A DNA stretch of 63,703 nucleotides from contig RDOE01000008.1 in assembly GCA_011364975.1 (NCBI GenBank), positions 1-63,703 of the forward strand, read 5' to 3'. Under the pieces are notes generated by a model that was not told where the DNA came from, did no database searches, and saw only the letters and a program-made list of their open reading frames with translations. The position numbers and the translations under genes were made by a program. The DNA comes from Promethearchaeota archaeon (GTDB lineage Archaea; Asgardarchaeota; Lokiarchaeia; Sigyniarchaeales; SOKP01). Shown here piece after piece: positions 39,561 to 49,930 of this stretch. Numbering within the stretch: the first letter of the stretch is position 1; every line of letters begins with the position of its first letter.

Positions 39561-41024
39561 ATGTCAGAACATCTAAAAGATGATGATAAACAGGAAAAAA
39601 CTGAGAGTAAATCAGAAAAAGATTTAGAGAGAGTAGATAAGGAATTTCTCTCTAAGGCAAAGGATTCAAGAGATTTAATTGACAAGAATTTAAGAACATT
39701 TGAAAACAGTATTGAAAATATCTCAGATACAATAAAAAATGGAGAAATAACTGAAGGAGTTGGGGAAGAAACAAAAAGAGTAGAAGAAATTAGTGAAGAA
39801 ATTAGAATTGCTAAGGAAAAATTTGAAGCTATTCAAAAAAGAGTCGATGATAAAGAAGAATATTTAGCAGCACTCGAAGAAACAATTAAGGCTTTAGAGG
39901 ATAGATATAATCGTAAGAATGAAGAGATGCAGAATCTTGAACAGAGATTAGAAATTGTAAAAGAAAGTAAAGCAAATTTAGACGAAGAATACAAAGAATT
40001 AATAAAAAATAATGAACAATTGGTTAAAACTTATGAAACAAGACAAGTAGATCTCATAGTATTGACTGATAGTGTTAAAGAAAAAGTAACCACTCAAGAT
40101 GAATTGCGTAACAAAATAACCAAGCTTAATCAGGAAATTAATGAAAAAGCGGATGAAATTGAAAGCCACAAAGAAGAATTAGAAGCCCTAGAAAAGAAGA
40201 TCAAAAGTCTATCGGCTGAAAATGAAACCCTAAAGGTATCTATTGGTAAAAATAAATTTGAGCTTGAACATACTAATAAAGAAATAGAAGTAAAAGAAGA
40301 AGAGAAGAAATTATTAACAGATCAGTTAGCTAAAAAAGAAAGTAGAATAAAGCAAATTGAACAACAAATTGAAGATTATAAACAAGGATTTCCAGAAATG
40401 GAAAAACAAAGACAAACTTATGAAGAATTACTTGCAAAATATAAAGTACAACTCTCAGAAAAGCAACAACAAATGATTGACATGGAATCAAAAATGCAGA
40501 AATTGAATGATGAGGTTATTTCTATAAATGAACAACTGACAAAAAAGAAGGAACTTATTGAAGCTAGTGATACAAGATTAAATGAAATTAAACGAGATAT
40601 AGAAACATCTAATACGGAGTATTTAGAAAGAGAAGAACGTCTGAGTTCAATTAAAGAAAAATTAGAAGATATGCAAGAAGAACATGAAAAGCTAATTAGA
40701 GCAAAAGAAGTGATAGAAAAAAGTACCAATGATTCTAAGGGAATACTTCAAAAACTAAAAGCAGAATTAGAAAATCAGGAAGAGGAAATTAGAGATAAAG
40801 AAAGTAGAATTCATCGTTTAGAATTTTTATCTTTGGTATATAGGTTATCAAAATTCTTTGGTGGTATATTAATCGGTGCTGGCATCTTTATTGTAATTCT
40901 TGCTTTACTTGGTTTATCTGGAGCTATCAATTTTAGTGATTTGGATTTATTATTTTTTATAATATTAGTTATTTCTGGTGGACTAGCAATAGGGTCCGGC
41001 ATATTCCATTTGGAGAAATCCTGA
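39561..41024 (+). CDS. long coiled-coil protein with two C-terminal TM helices
   Basis: About 420 aa of heptad E/K/L/I pattern, then two hydrophobic helices. Confidence 0.8.
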   Translation: MSEHLKDDDKQEKTESKSEKDLERVDKEFLSKAKDSRDLIDKNLRTFENSIENISDTIKNGEITEGVGEETKRVEEISEEIRIAKEKFEAIQKRVDDKEEYLAALEETIKALEDRYNRKNEEMQNLEQRLEIVKESKANLDEEYKELIKNNEQLVKTYETRQVDLIVLTDSVKEKVTTQDELRNKITKLNQEINEKADEIESHKEELEALEKKIKSLSAENETLKVSIGKNKFELEHTNKEIEVKEEEKKLLTDQLAKKESRIKQIEQQIEDYKQGFPEMEKQRQTYEELLAKYKVQLSEKQQQMIDMESKMQKLNDEVISINEQLTKKKELIEASDTRLNEIKRDIETSNTEYLEREERLSSIKEKLEDMQEEHEKLIRAKEVIEKSTNDSKGILQKLKAELENQEEEIRDKESRIHRLEFLSLVYRLSKFFGGILIGAGIFIVILALLGLSGAINFSDLDLLFFIILVISGGLAIGSGIFHLEKS

Positions 41025-41077
41025 ATTTTCCAATTATTATCTTTCTCATTTAAATCAACAAAATTAAATGATAAAAA

Positions 41078-42964
41078 TTGAATGAAATTAAATCCACCGA
41101 CCTTGTACCAGAAAGAACTCTAAAACTTTATCAAGGTGTTGTATATGGGATTGGTTGTGGAATTGGTGGCTCTATATTTGTTTTATTAGGTACTGGTATA
41201 GATATTGCACAATCTGGGGTACTTTTAAGTTTATTACTGGGTGGTTTATTAATTTTTTTTACAGGTCTTAACTACGCAGAATTGTCTACTAGTTTACCGA
41301 TTGCTGGAGGAGCATATAATTTTACAAAACAAGGAATAGGCGGTTTTTTAGCGTTCATTATTGGATTTTTTTTATGGATTGCAAATACCGCTGCATGTTC
41401 TTTTTCAGCACAAATTTTTGCGCTAGTAATTGATGAAATATTTAGAAAGTTCGGCATTTTTATGCCTAACATTGTTATAATTTTAATTACGATACTCCCT
41501 ATCCTTCTAATAAGTATTGTGTTTTTTAGAACTCAGAAAATTGCTACGAAAACTCTTCTTATTTTAACTTTTATACTTCTTGGGATGTTTGCTCTTTTTA
41601 TCATATCAGGCTTTTTTATTGCTCAATTTACTAACCCTTTGAACTTTAATCCTAATTATTTAGTAAGTGAAATAAATTTTTTTGGAGTAATCCCAGGATT
41701 TCTCCTTCTGTTCATATTTTTTACTTCCATCACATCAAATTTAGCTTATCTAAATGCTGATTTAAAAAATCCTTCAAAAAATATACCAAAAGTAAATATT
41801 TATGCAATTTTAATAACTTTATTGATTTATCTCTCCGTAGCATCGGTTGTTCTAATTAATATTGGCACTAATCCCTCTGGTTTAACTGGTAGTACATTAT
41901 TATTAGCGTATGTCCTTGAAAATGTTCTTGGCCCGTTTGGATTTTATTTTATGGTAATTGCTACAATTATTTCGACATTTATTGCAATTAATGCTGGTTT
42001 GGGATCAGCTGTAAGCGTTATAGCTGCTTTAGCTAGGGATCGTTATGTGCCAAAAAGTATTAGAGAAATAAAGAGAAGAGAAGATATGCCAACGATAGCA
42101 CTTTTCATTACAGCATTCTTATCTATAACCATTTCTATTTTTGCAGGTATTGGTCTTACTGCTGAAACCATAAATTTGATTTATTTCATTGGATTAGCTT
42201 TTGTTAATTACGCAGCTGTTAAACTCAGACATAAAAGAAAAGAGTTAGATCGTCCGTTTAAAGCTCCTTTCTTTCCCATTTTACCTCTATTTATTTTTGT
42301 ATGTTTCTTATTGTTCGCTTTTATTTTAGGGGTAATCTATTCATTTGGAGCGTTGATTCTAGGTCTAATTATTTCTGCTATTGGCTTCACTTATTATTTG
42401 TTAACAATTGCTGATAAACCATCAAAAGGTTTGACTCTTGCTGGAATTAAGTTTTTTCTTGTAGTAATTATTGGAATCTTTGTTTACATTATAAATAATT
42501 TTTCTGCTGTTGGTTATGACATAATCTTGATTAATAGAATCATAATTGGAATCGCTTTATTTACTTTTGGAACAGTCATTCTTGATTTGATCCCTTTAAG
42601 AGAATTGACATATTTTTTTATAAAAAAAATGGACAAAAATAATGTTGCTATTAATTTAGGAAGTGCAAAAATTATTGCATTGAGCAAAAAGCGTATTAGA
42701 ATTATTCATATAATTAACCTTCTCATCTCATTTATTCAATTTCTTTCGGTAGTAATCATTTTTTATATTTCTTTACTATTCTTGAATAATTACTTATCAA
42801 TTGACACTTTAACAATCTTAATAGGATCTAGAATAATTTTAATAGAAAGTAATATTGCGAATCTTCTTTTCATAGTAACTATTGGATTTTTTGGGATAAT
42901 TCTATTCTTTAGCGGGTTTTTATTTTGGCATCGAAATAAAGAATTAAAATCAATAGGGATTTAA
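41078..42964 (+). CDS. APC-family amino acid permease with extra C-terminal TMs
   Basis: IGGSIFVLLG, YAELSTSLPIAGGAY, KNPSKNIP, LARD, RPFKAPFFP. Confidence 0.9.
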   Translation: MNEIKSTDLVPERTLKLYQGVVYGIGCGIGGSIFVLLGTGIDIAQSGVLLSLLLGGLLIFFTGLNYAELSTSLPIAGGAYNFTKQGIGGFLAFIIGFFLWIANTAACSFSAQIFALVIDEIFRKFGIFMPNIVIILITILPILLISIVFFRTQKIATKTLLILTFILLGMFALFIISGFFIAQFTNPLNFNPNYLVSEINFFGVIPGFLLLFIFFTSITSNLAYLNADLKNPSKNIPKVNIYAILITLLIYLSVASVVLINIGTNPSGLTGSTLLLAYVLENVLGPFGFYFMVIATIISTFIAINAGLGSAVSVIAALARDRYVPKSIREIKRREDMPTIALFITAFLSITISIFAGIGLTAETINLIYFIGLAFVNYAAVKLRHKRKELDRPFKAPFFPILPLFIFVCFLLFAFILGVIYSFGALILGLIISAIGFTYYLLTIADKPSKGLTLAGIKFFLVVIIGIFVYIINNFSAVGYDIILINRIIIGIALFTFGTVILDLIPLRELTYFFIKKMDKNNVAINLGSAKIIALSKKRIRIIHIINLLISFIQFLSVVIIFYISLLFLNNYLSIDTLTILIGSRIILIESNIANLLFIVTIGFFGIILFFSGFLFWHRNKELKSIGI

Positions 42965-43017
42965 CATAAAACTACATAGAATTTATGAATTAAATAAATT
43001 TTATTACAATACCCAAA

Positions 43018-43761
43018 TTGATGAATATTTCTAAAGTAAATCTCCATGTACATTCAAATTTCTCAGATGGGCGAAATAGTATTGAACAAATTGTAAAGAG
43101 AGCTATACAATTAGAAATGGAATTTATATGTATTACAGATCACTTCTCAAATTCTTGGAAGTCGAATACAATTCCAACTCTTAATACTCTTGAAAAAATA
43201 GAATTATATCTTAAAAATATTTCCAATTCTAATCGATCCCTTATTGAGAAAAAAGATAAATTGAGAGTGTTAAAGGGTATAGAAATTGATATTAGTAGTG
43301 ATATTGATTACATTACTAAATTAGTAAATCCAATGAAATTTGACTTAATCTTATTTGAATACCTTGAAAATTTTGAAGGAATTGCATTTATCTCTAATTT
43401 AATTGACGATTGGAGATACTTTTTACCTCAAAATAAAACTTTTCCACAATTGGGATTAGCTCATTTTGATCCTAAATTATTTTTTTATAGTAATTTTAAT
43501 CCTTTAATTCAATTTATGATGGAGTATAATATATTCTATGAGTTCAATTCAAGTTATCCACATTCATACTCTTTAGAATATCAATCTTTTTTTCAAAAGT
43601 TAAAAGAAAGAAACATTCAGTTCTCAATAGGTTCTGATAGTCATGAGTTGGAGAGCCTATTAGAAATTGAAACTCCTTTAAGAATGATAGAGCATTATAA
43701 TCTCCAAGATAATTATCAAATTCTCTTAGAAAAGCTAAAAAAAATTCCTTTAAAATATTAA
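43018..43761 (+). CDS. PHP-domain phosphoesterase
   Basis: HVHSNFSDG, TDH, GIE, AH, GSDSH. Confidence 0.9.
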   Translation: MMNISKVNLHVHSNFSDGRNSIEQIVKRAIQLEMEFICITDHFSNSWKSNTIPTLNTLEKIELYLKNISNSNRSLIEKKDKLRVLKGIEIDISSDIDYITKLVNPMKFDLILFEYLENFEGIAFISNLIDDWRYFLPQNKTFPQLGLAHFDPKLFFYSNFNPLIQFMMEYNIFYEFNSSYPHSYSLEYQSFFQKLKERNIQFSIGSDSHELESLLEIETPLRMIEHYNLQDNYQILLEKLKKIPLKY

Positions 43762-43767
43762 ACTCGT

Positions 43768-44160
43768 TCATTGATTTATTCTGTTTAGATATTCAATGTA
43801 ATATTTAAAACTTTTCTCATAGATTATATCTACTAACGTTTCTCCTTCTTTTTTTGGAGAACAAAGTAAGTCTTTCATATAATCTTTACCTAAATTAAAA
43901 ACTTGTTTCACCGCCATAATTTTTTGTGCTTTACTCATTTTAATTATCTCTGATATGGCTTTATTATTCCTATTTTGCCATTCTTTTAATGCTCTCCAAA
44001 TTGTTCCCTTCAATACTAAGATGGGTACTTCAATTTCCCGACTTATAAGATTCGATAACTCGTTAATTAATTTTAATTGTTCAGGTCGAATTTGAACCTT
44101 AATATAATCTAATTCAAGTGTTGAAATTGCCTTCTTTTCAAAACTCAACGAAAATGTCAA
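43768..44160 (-). CDS. hypothetical protein
   Basis: 130-aa ORF with gagga upstream of a TTG start; no recognisable motif. Confidence 0.6.
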   Translation of the reverse strand: MTFSLSFEKKAISTLELDYIKVQIRPEQLKLINELSNLISREIEVPILVLKGTIWRALKEWQNRNNKAISEIIKMSKAQKIMAVKQVFNLGKDYMKDLLCSPKKEGETLVDIIYEKSFKYYIEYLNRINQ

Positions 44161-44369
44161 AATTTCCTCAACCTAGTTACTTCAATTAATACTTAGCTGG
44201 CAATATATATAAATATTAAATTATTTCGAATGTCCAATAAGATGTATATAAAGGAATTATATAAACCGCATTAAAATTGGTTCTTTATGTTATTAAATTA
44301 AATTAAGCAAGTAAAAGAAAAAATTCAACAGCAAATATCTTTTTATTTACAAATAATTTTTTTTATTGT

Positions 44370-45125
44370 ATGGACCTTGAAGAAAAGATTGAACTTGCTT
44401 CTAAATGGATTTATGAATCTAAAAATCTAGTTGTGTTTACAGGTGCAGGGATTTCAACTGAAAGTGGCTTGCCAGATTATAGAGGACCTGATGGTGTATG
44501 GACAAGAAGAGATAAAGGGTTACCACCTCCAAAATCACCTCCATGGGAGTTAGTTAAACCTAATAACGGTCACTTTGCTTTAGTAGAGTTATTGAAATTA
44601 GGGAAGCTTGATTATTTAATATCACAAAATGTAGATGGCCTTCACGCAAAATCTGGTATTCCATTCGATAAACTGAGTGAATTACACGGTAACATGTATT
44701 TCATGAAATGTTTAAATTGCGGTAAAAAATTTACTTTTGAAGAAGCAGGTTGGGATAAAAAAAAATGGGGCCCAGGATATAGAACTAACTCTGAAAAAAA
44801 AGGGCAACCTAAATGCCAAAATTGTGGTGGTAGATTAATTTCCAGTATCGTAAATTTCGGAGATCCCCTCCCTATGGATGAATTAGATGAAGCAATTCAA
44901 AGATCTCAATCAGCAGATGTTTTTTTTGTGATAGGATCATCCTTGGTCGTAACTCCTGCAGCAAATATGCCCGGTATTGCATATAGAAGCGGATCAAAGT
45001 TGATAATCTTAAATGCTGGAGAAACACCTTATGATGATGTAGCAGATTTAAGATTTTTTGATCAAATTGGAGATGTATTACCTTCCATTATTAATAAAGT
45101 TAAGGAACTAATAGCAGAAAATTAA
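44370..45125 (+). CDS. NAD-dependent deacylase, Sir2 family (class IV/SIRT6-like architecture)
   Basis: [23 protein letters not shown], ELHGN, CxxC...CxxC, GSSL. Confidence 0.95.
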   Translation: [251 protein letters not shown]

Positions 45126-45139
45126 AAATCAAAATCAAT

Positions 45140-45967
45140 ATGGTTTTAATGGCTCAGATAGAAGACAATAAATGGTTGAATATTAAAAATCTTATTTTTA
45201 ATCAAGGACGGTTATTAGAAAGAAAACTATATTCCTATTTTTTTGAAAAGGGAAGCAAAGAAGGTGTATTAAAAGCATTAAGTGCTTACCAAAATGATGA
45301 TGGTGGATTTGGAAATGGAATTGAACCTGATATTCTATGTCCTGATAGTAGTGCAATAGGTGCTGAGACAGCATTATATATATTGGATTTGTTGGATTTA
45401 AAGGAAGAAAAATTATCGAAAAAATTAATAGATTGGATAATAAATGCGCAAAATAATGAAGGCTTTATCGATCATCCTCCTAAGAATTTGTTTAATTATC
45501 CATTTCAACCATGGTGGAAAAACCCGGATGATAAAAGAATTTTGATATTGGCGGCAATTCTTAGAAAATGGGATATAAATAGCCCCAAGTTTTTCAAAAG
45601 AGTTAATAGATACTTCTCTAATCTTACTATTCCTGATAAATTCCAGATATATGATTATCCTTTTTTTGTTTATCTAAAGTATTGCGGTGATACTCAAGAA
45701 GAGACCGAATTATTCTTCAAACTGTTAGAATATCTCCCAAAAATTATCAAGGAATATAAAAATCATTTTCCATTATTGAGTAGATATTGGTTTTATTTAG
45801 CAGATAACGTAAAAGCTAGTGTTTTAAAGGAAGAAGTGAACACCTTTATTACATCTATAGAAAATGATGGTGGAATAAGGAACCCTTTTGAAAATTTGCC
45901 TTGGTGGAAACCCATCTTTACATTAGATGGATTGATTTTGATGAAGAAATTTAATTTTTTAGAATAA
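45140..45967 (+). CDS. prenyltransferase-like (alpha/alpha toroid) hypothetical protein
   Basis: YQNDDGGFGNGIEPD, QNNEG, ENDGG. Confidence 0.7.
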   Translation: MVLMAQIEDNKWLNIKNLIFNQGRLLERKLYSYFFEKGSKEGVLKALSAYQNDDGGFGNGIEPDILCPDSSAIGAETALYILDLLDLKEEKLSKKLIDWIINAQNNEGFIDHPPKNLFNYPFQPWWKNPDDKRILILAAILRKWDINSPKFFKRVNRYFSNLTIPDKFQIYDYPFFVYLKYCGDTQEETELFFKLLEYLPKIIKEYKNHFPLLSRYWFYLADNVKASVLKEEVNTFITSIENDGGIRNPFENLPWWKPIFTLDGLILMKKFNFLE

Positions 45968-45989
45968 AACAAGAAAAAGGTAAATATTT

Positions 45990-47639
45990 TTACTTAAGTT
46001 TGCCATATATTTCTTTATTTCTCTCAATCTCTTTCTTGATTTTCTTCCCATCTTTATTGGTGAGAGAGAGATTAATACTTCCATTTCGGCTTAATGAACC
46101 AGTAAATACTGGCTCTTCATTAGCATAAACAATAATATTTCGACTAGCATATTCTGGATCGGCTTGAATTATAAGTTTTTGCTTGTATATATCTACATCC
46201 AATCCAATTTTTTCGTTTTTACTCTCATTTTTGTTATAATAATCATCTAAGCGTTTTCGTTTTTTTCGTTCGGAGGGATGTATCGGGTTTACGACAATAT
46301 CCTGACCAAACGAATACATTTCATATTCTAATTCTTTTGAGATATAATTTCTTACCTCTACTACGGGTCTTGCCAAATCTTTATCCCGAAAGCCATGTGG
46401 TACTTTTACTGTCATTTTTAATGCTAATACTGTAGATATATCACCATCTTCGATGAATATAATAGTATCTATTATTGATGGAAGCATACCTAATTCAACT
46501 TTACCAATAAATCTCTGAACTGCATCAATTGCAGAAGCAGAATGAACAACTCCCACCATTCCAACTCCAGATAATCGAAAATCTGCAAAGATTTGGAAAT
46601 CTCTCGTAGTTCTAACTTCATCAAAAATAGTAAAATCTGGTCTTACCAATAATAAAATATCTGCTGAATTCTCCAAGCTTCCCTCTAATTTTGTGTATTG
46701 GGTAATTTCTGGCTTTACTTGTAGGTCTCTAACACTCTCCAAGGTTTTGACAATTTTATTCTTCTTAGCATAAAAATTTGCTAATGCTGCTGAAAACGTG
46801 CTTTTACCAGCACCTGGAGATCCTGAGACTAGTATACCTTCTGCTTTCTCTAATCGATTATGAAGTCTAGAATCAATCGAATAATCATCCAATGTTAAAT
46901 TAACAAGTGGTCGAACTGCAGTTATTTCTATATCATTAGAAAAGGGTGGTCTAGTTATTACAATCCTAAATTCTCTTAACTGTGCAACAACAGCACCAAA
47001 TTTCTCAATTTCAATAAATGAGTGAGAATCTTCTCTTACATGTTCTATTATTTCAATTGCAATTTCTTCAATCTTGTGTTTATTCAAAGAATCTTCACTT
47101 ACTTTCTCTAAATACCATTTCCCAGGAGTCCCCTTTTTAGCATAAGGTGGCAAATCTGGTTTTAAATGAATACTCATAGTTTCATCATCGAAAAAATCTA
47201 AAAATTGAAGTGAAAGCGAGGAGATTTCTTGAGGACCTCTTTTTTCTTTCACAGACATTACTTCTACTCCTTCAAAAACTCCTACATCGCCTTGAATTCG
47301 GTCTGATGTAATCAAAATTGCCTCATTTTTCTTTGCATCTTCTCGAATTAAAGCATCTAGCTCACCACCAGGTGCCATTTTAATCTCTTCTCTTGTAGGT
47401 CTATTACCTATGATACTCAGTTTTATTACTTTTTCATTATGATATTGGCGTAATTTCTTTAAGACATTAAGACCTAGAAAGCCTATTTCACGTTGTATAT
47501 TTGTACGATATTCCACTTCCGCTACTACAATATTGGGAATAAAAATCTCTGGATAATCACCTAACTCTCCATCCTCGATTAAATCAATGATAAGACCATT
47601 AAAAATTACTGAAGTGTCACATACAAATTTATCGGGCAT
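45990..47639 (-). CDS. PIN-domain ATPase (PINA, COG1855-type)
   Basis: N-terminal PIN (VCDTS, E, D, TSD), Walker A GSPGAGKS, LLVRPD..IFDEVR, GVGMVGVVH. Confidence 0.92.
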   Translation of the reverse strand: MPDKFVCDTSVIFNGLIIDLIEDGELGDYPEIFIPNIVVAEVEYRTNIQREIGFLGLNVLKKLRQYHNEKVIKLSIIGNRPTREEIKMAPGGELDALIREDAKKNEAILITSDRIQGDVGVFEGVEVMSVKEKRGPQEISSLSLQFLDFFDDETMSIHLKPDLPPYAKKGTPGKWYLEKVSEDSLNKHKIEEIAIEIIEHVREDSHSFIEIEKFGAVVAQLREFRIVITRPPFSNDIEITAVRPLVNLTLDDYSIDSRLHNRLEKAEGILVSGSPGAGKSTFSAALANFYAKKNKIVKTLESVRDLQVKPEITQYTKLEGSLENSADILLLVRPDFTIFDEVRTTRDFQIFADFRLSGVGMVGVVHSASAIDAVQRFIGKVELGMLPSIIDTIIFIEDGDISTVLALKMTVKVPHGFRDKDLARPVVEVRNYISKELEYEMYSFGQDIVVNPIHPSERKKRKRLDDYYNKNESKNEKIGLDVDIYKQKLIIQADPEYASRNIIVYANEEPVFTGSLSRNGSINLSLTNKDGKKIKKEIERNKEIYGKLK

Positions 47640-48246
47640 ATTCTTCTTCTTTTATATCTACTTTGTTTATAATTTCAAATTTATTTACACTATAATAGAT
47701 AGGTTTACTTAACCTATCAACTGTAGCAATAATTAAATCCTTACGAGAACTTAACGCAACTCTTGACATTTTATCCAATTCTTTAAGTTCAATAGGATTA
47801 CCTTCAAAAATAGGATAAATTAAAAATTTAGCGGAATCTTTTTCTACATCCGCCCCTCTCTTAAATACACGAAAATCAATTCCCTCACCATAACCAGCTC
47901 TTACTATATAACCTCTTTTTCTTAAATCCATATAAATTATATATTTTTGCCATAAACGGTCATCAAAATTCGAAAAGTAAACCAAAAGATCTTCAAAATT
48001 AAATAATTCATTATCCGGACTATTATCAGGGTTTAATAAAAGACGATTTCTCTCAATTAAGAGCAAAACTTCAACTGGTTCTAAAATCAGATATTCCTCA
48101 TTTTTATCATCTTTCTCAATTGTTCCGATATAAGAATTTTTATAAAATTCCTCTATTGCCTCTTTATTACTAAGTAAAACTTTATCTTTTTTGACAATTC
48201 CCTTGTATTGCGCCTTTTCCGTTTTTTCATTTGGTTTTTCAGTCAT
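47629..48246 (-). CDS. endA: tRNA-splicing endonuclease subunit (likely structural, non-catalytic)
   Basis: LEPVEVLLL, YIIYMDLRKRGYIVR.G...GIDFRV, RVALSSRKDLIIATVD. Confidence 0.85.
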   Translation of the reverse strand: MTEKPNEKTEKAQYKGIVKKDKVLLSNKEAIEEFYKNSYIGTIEKDDKNEEYLILEPVEVLLLIERNRLLLNPDNSPDNELFNFEDLLVYFSNFDDRLWQKYIIYMDLRKRGYIVRAGYGEGIDFRVFKRGADVEKDSAKFLIYPIFEGNPIELKELDKMSRVALSSRKDLIIATVDRLSKPIYYSVNKFEIINKVDIKEEEYAR

Positions 48247-48366
48247 TTTCTAATATATTATAGCATTTGATAGTTAAAGAATTTAATCGTTTTAATAAGC
48301 AAATGGATATATTAAAATAATAGATGAATTAAAGATTCAAATAACAGCTATTGTTTGAGATATATT

Positions 48367-49263
48367 TTATTTTACTCTTCCCTTAATGATAAAATCTACC
48401 AAGGTTCCTAACTTTCTCACATTTCCATATATTTTGGGTGCTCTTTCTTCCAAATATTCTTTAAAAACCTCCCAATTTCGTTTATTCACGTCAGGAGCTT
48501 CATTTAACAATCTTTTAACTTCATCAAAATCACTAGTAAAAATTAAGCAATTATTAGTTTTATTTCCATCATCACTTAAGAGATATAAGTAATAATCTTC
48601 TAAATCCCACGGATTCAATACATTTGGTGGTTTATTTCCATCTCCAGCTTTTTTACCTCTAAGTAAACGTGTATCAACCATAGTAGGCAGTACCATATTG
48701 AAATTGATATTTTCTTTTTTATATTCCATTGCTAATGATTCTTGCAATCCAACAACTGCATATTTACTGGCTGTATACGCAGCGAATTTTGGCATCGGAT
48801 TAGTGAATGCTGCACTTCCAGTTATTATAAACCTTGATTTATCACTTTTTTCATCAGCTTTCATATAAGGATAAGCAGCTTTAAAAGTAAAAAATACTCC
48901 TGAAACATTTGTGTTAATAATTTCAATGAATTTCTCACTATCAAATTCATGGCTTGTCCACATACGAGAATAACCCGCATTAGCAATAATTCCATTAAAC
49001 ATCCCCAATTCTTCATAGAGAATTTTAAATGCTTTTTCTACCTGATCATATATCATGACATTTGCGGTGACAATCGTCAGTTTAATATCTTTATTAACAT
49101 TTTCTATTTCACTTTTAGTGTGTTCTAATTCATCAAGAGATCTCGCCATTAATCCAAGATTAGCACCTTCCCTTGCACAAGCTAAGGCAATAGCCTTCCC
49201 TATACCTCTACCCGCGCCAGTAATGACCACGTTCTTACCTTTTAATAGCATAAATAAAAACAA
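48367..49263 (-). CDS. short-chain dehydrogenase/reductase
   Basis: TGAGRGIG, NAG, YTASK. Confidence 0.93.
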   Translation of the reverse strand: MFLFMLLKGKNVVITGAGRGIGKAIALACAREGANLGLMARSLDELEHTKSEIENVNKDIKLTIVTANVMIYDQVEKAFKILYEELGMFNGIIANAGYSRMWTSHEFDSEKFIEIINTNVSGVFFTFKAAYPYMKADEKSDKSRFIITGSAAFTNPMPKFAAYTASKYAVVGLQESLAMEYKKENINFNMVLPTMVDTRLLRGKKAGDGNKPPNVLNPWDLEDYYLYLLSDDGNKTNNCLIFTSDFDEVKRLLNEAPDVNKRNWEVFKEYLEERAPKIYGNVRKLGTLVDFIIKGRVK

Positions 49264-49357
49264 AACGTATTAAAATATAAGATTTTCTATAGAACTTTTA
49301 TATAATTGCTTTCAAATCTTTAAAGTTAATTTAGAATGCATTCCTTTTTAAAAAATA

Positions 49358-49930
49358 ATGGATGATCTATATCAAAAGGTTTATGATAAACTAAAAGACT
49401 CTTCTAAAACTGTTTTCATGGGCATCGGGGAGGAAAAATTAACAGATGACGCAATTGGACCTTATATAATAGGTGAATTGCTAGATTACTCGGATCCTAA
49501 GCATCTATTTATAAATGCAGGAACAGATCCTATGGCACGTATTGATGATATTATCAATTTTGAAGCTTCACATCTAGTTATTTTTGATACATGCTCATTA
49601 AATAAAGAACCTGGAACAATCGCGATTATTGAGCGAGAAAATATTGCAGAATATGTACCAATTTCTTCTCATACTATTCCTATTCATATTGTGATTGATC
49701 TAATTATCCAGAAACTCCCAGATATTGAAATATTTATGATTGGTTTTGTCCCTGAGAGTCTTGATGGATTTAAAGAATTGACAATTCATGAAAAAAGAAG
49801 AGATGCACTACTCGAGATGGAAGACAATATCGAAATTCCTTTCTTCCAAATCAATTTATCTGAAACAATCAAAAAAGCAGCAGATCATGTTATTAGTATT
49901 ATAAAAAAATTAATTACAACTCTTTCATAA
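49358..49930 (+). CDS. hydrogenase maturation protease (HycI-like)
   Basis: MGIGE...DDAIGP, FD, PG, SSHTIP. Confidence 0.8.
   Translation: MDDLYQKVYDKLKDSSKTVFMGIGEEKLTDDAIGPYIIGELLDYSDPKHLFINAGTDPMARIDDIINFEASHLVIFDTCSLNKEPGTIAIIERENIAEYVPISSHTIPIHIVIDLIIQKLPDIEIFMIGFVPESLDGFKELTIHEKRRDALLEMEDNIEIPFFQINLSETIKKAADHVISIIKKLITTLS

Noticed and set aside
39561-41024. SMC/Rad50 annotation for the long coiled coil
   Set aside because: No Walker A/B or hinge; it has C-terminal TM helices
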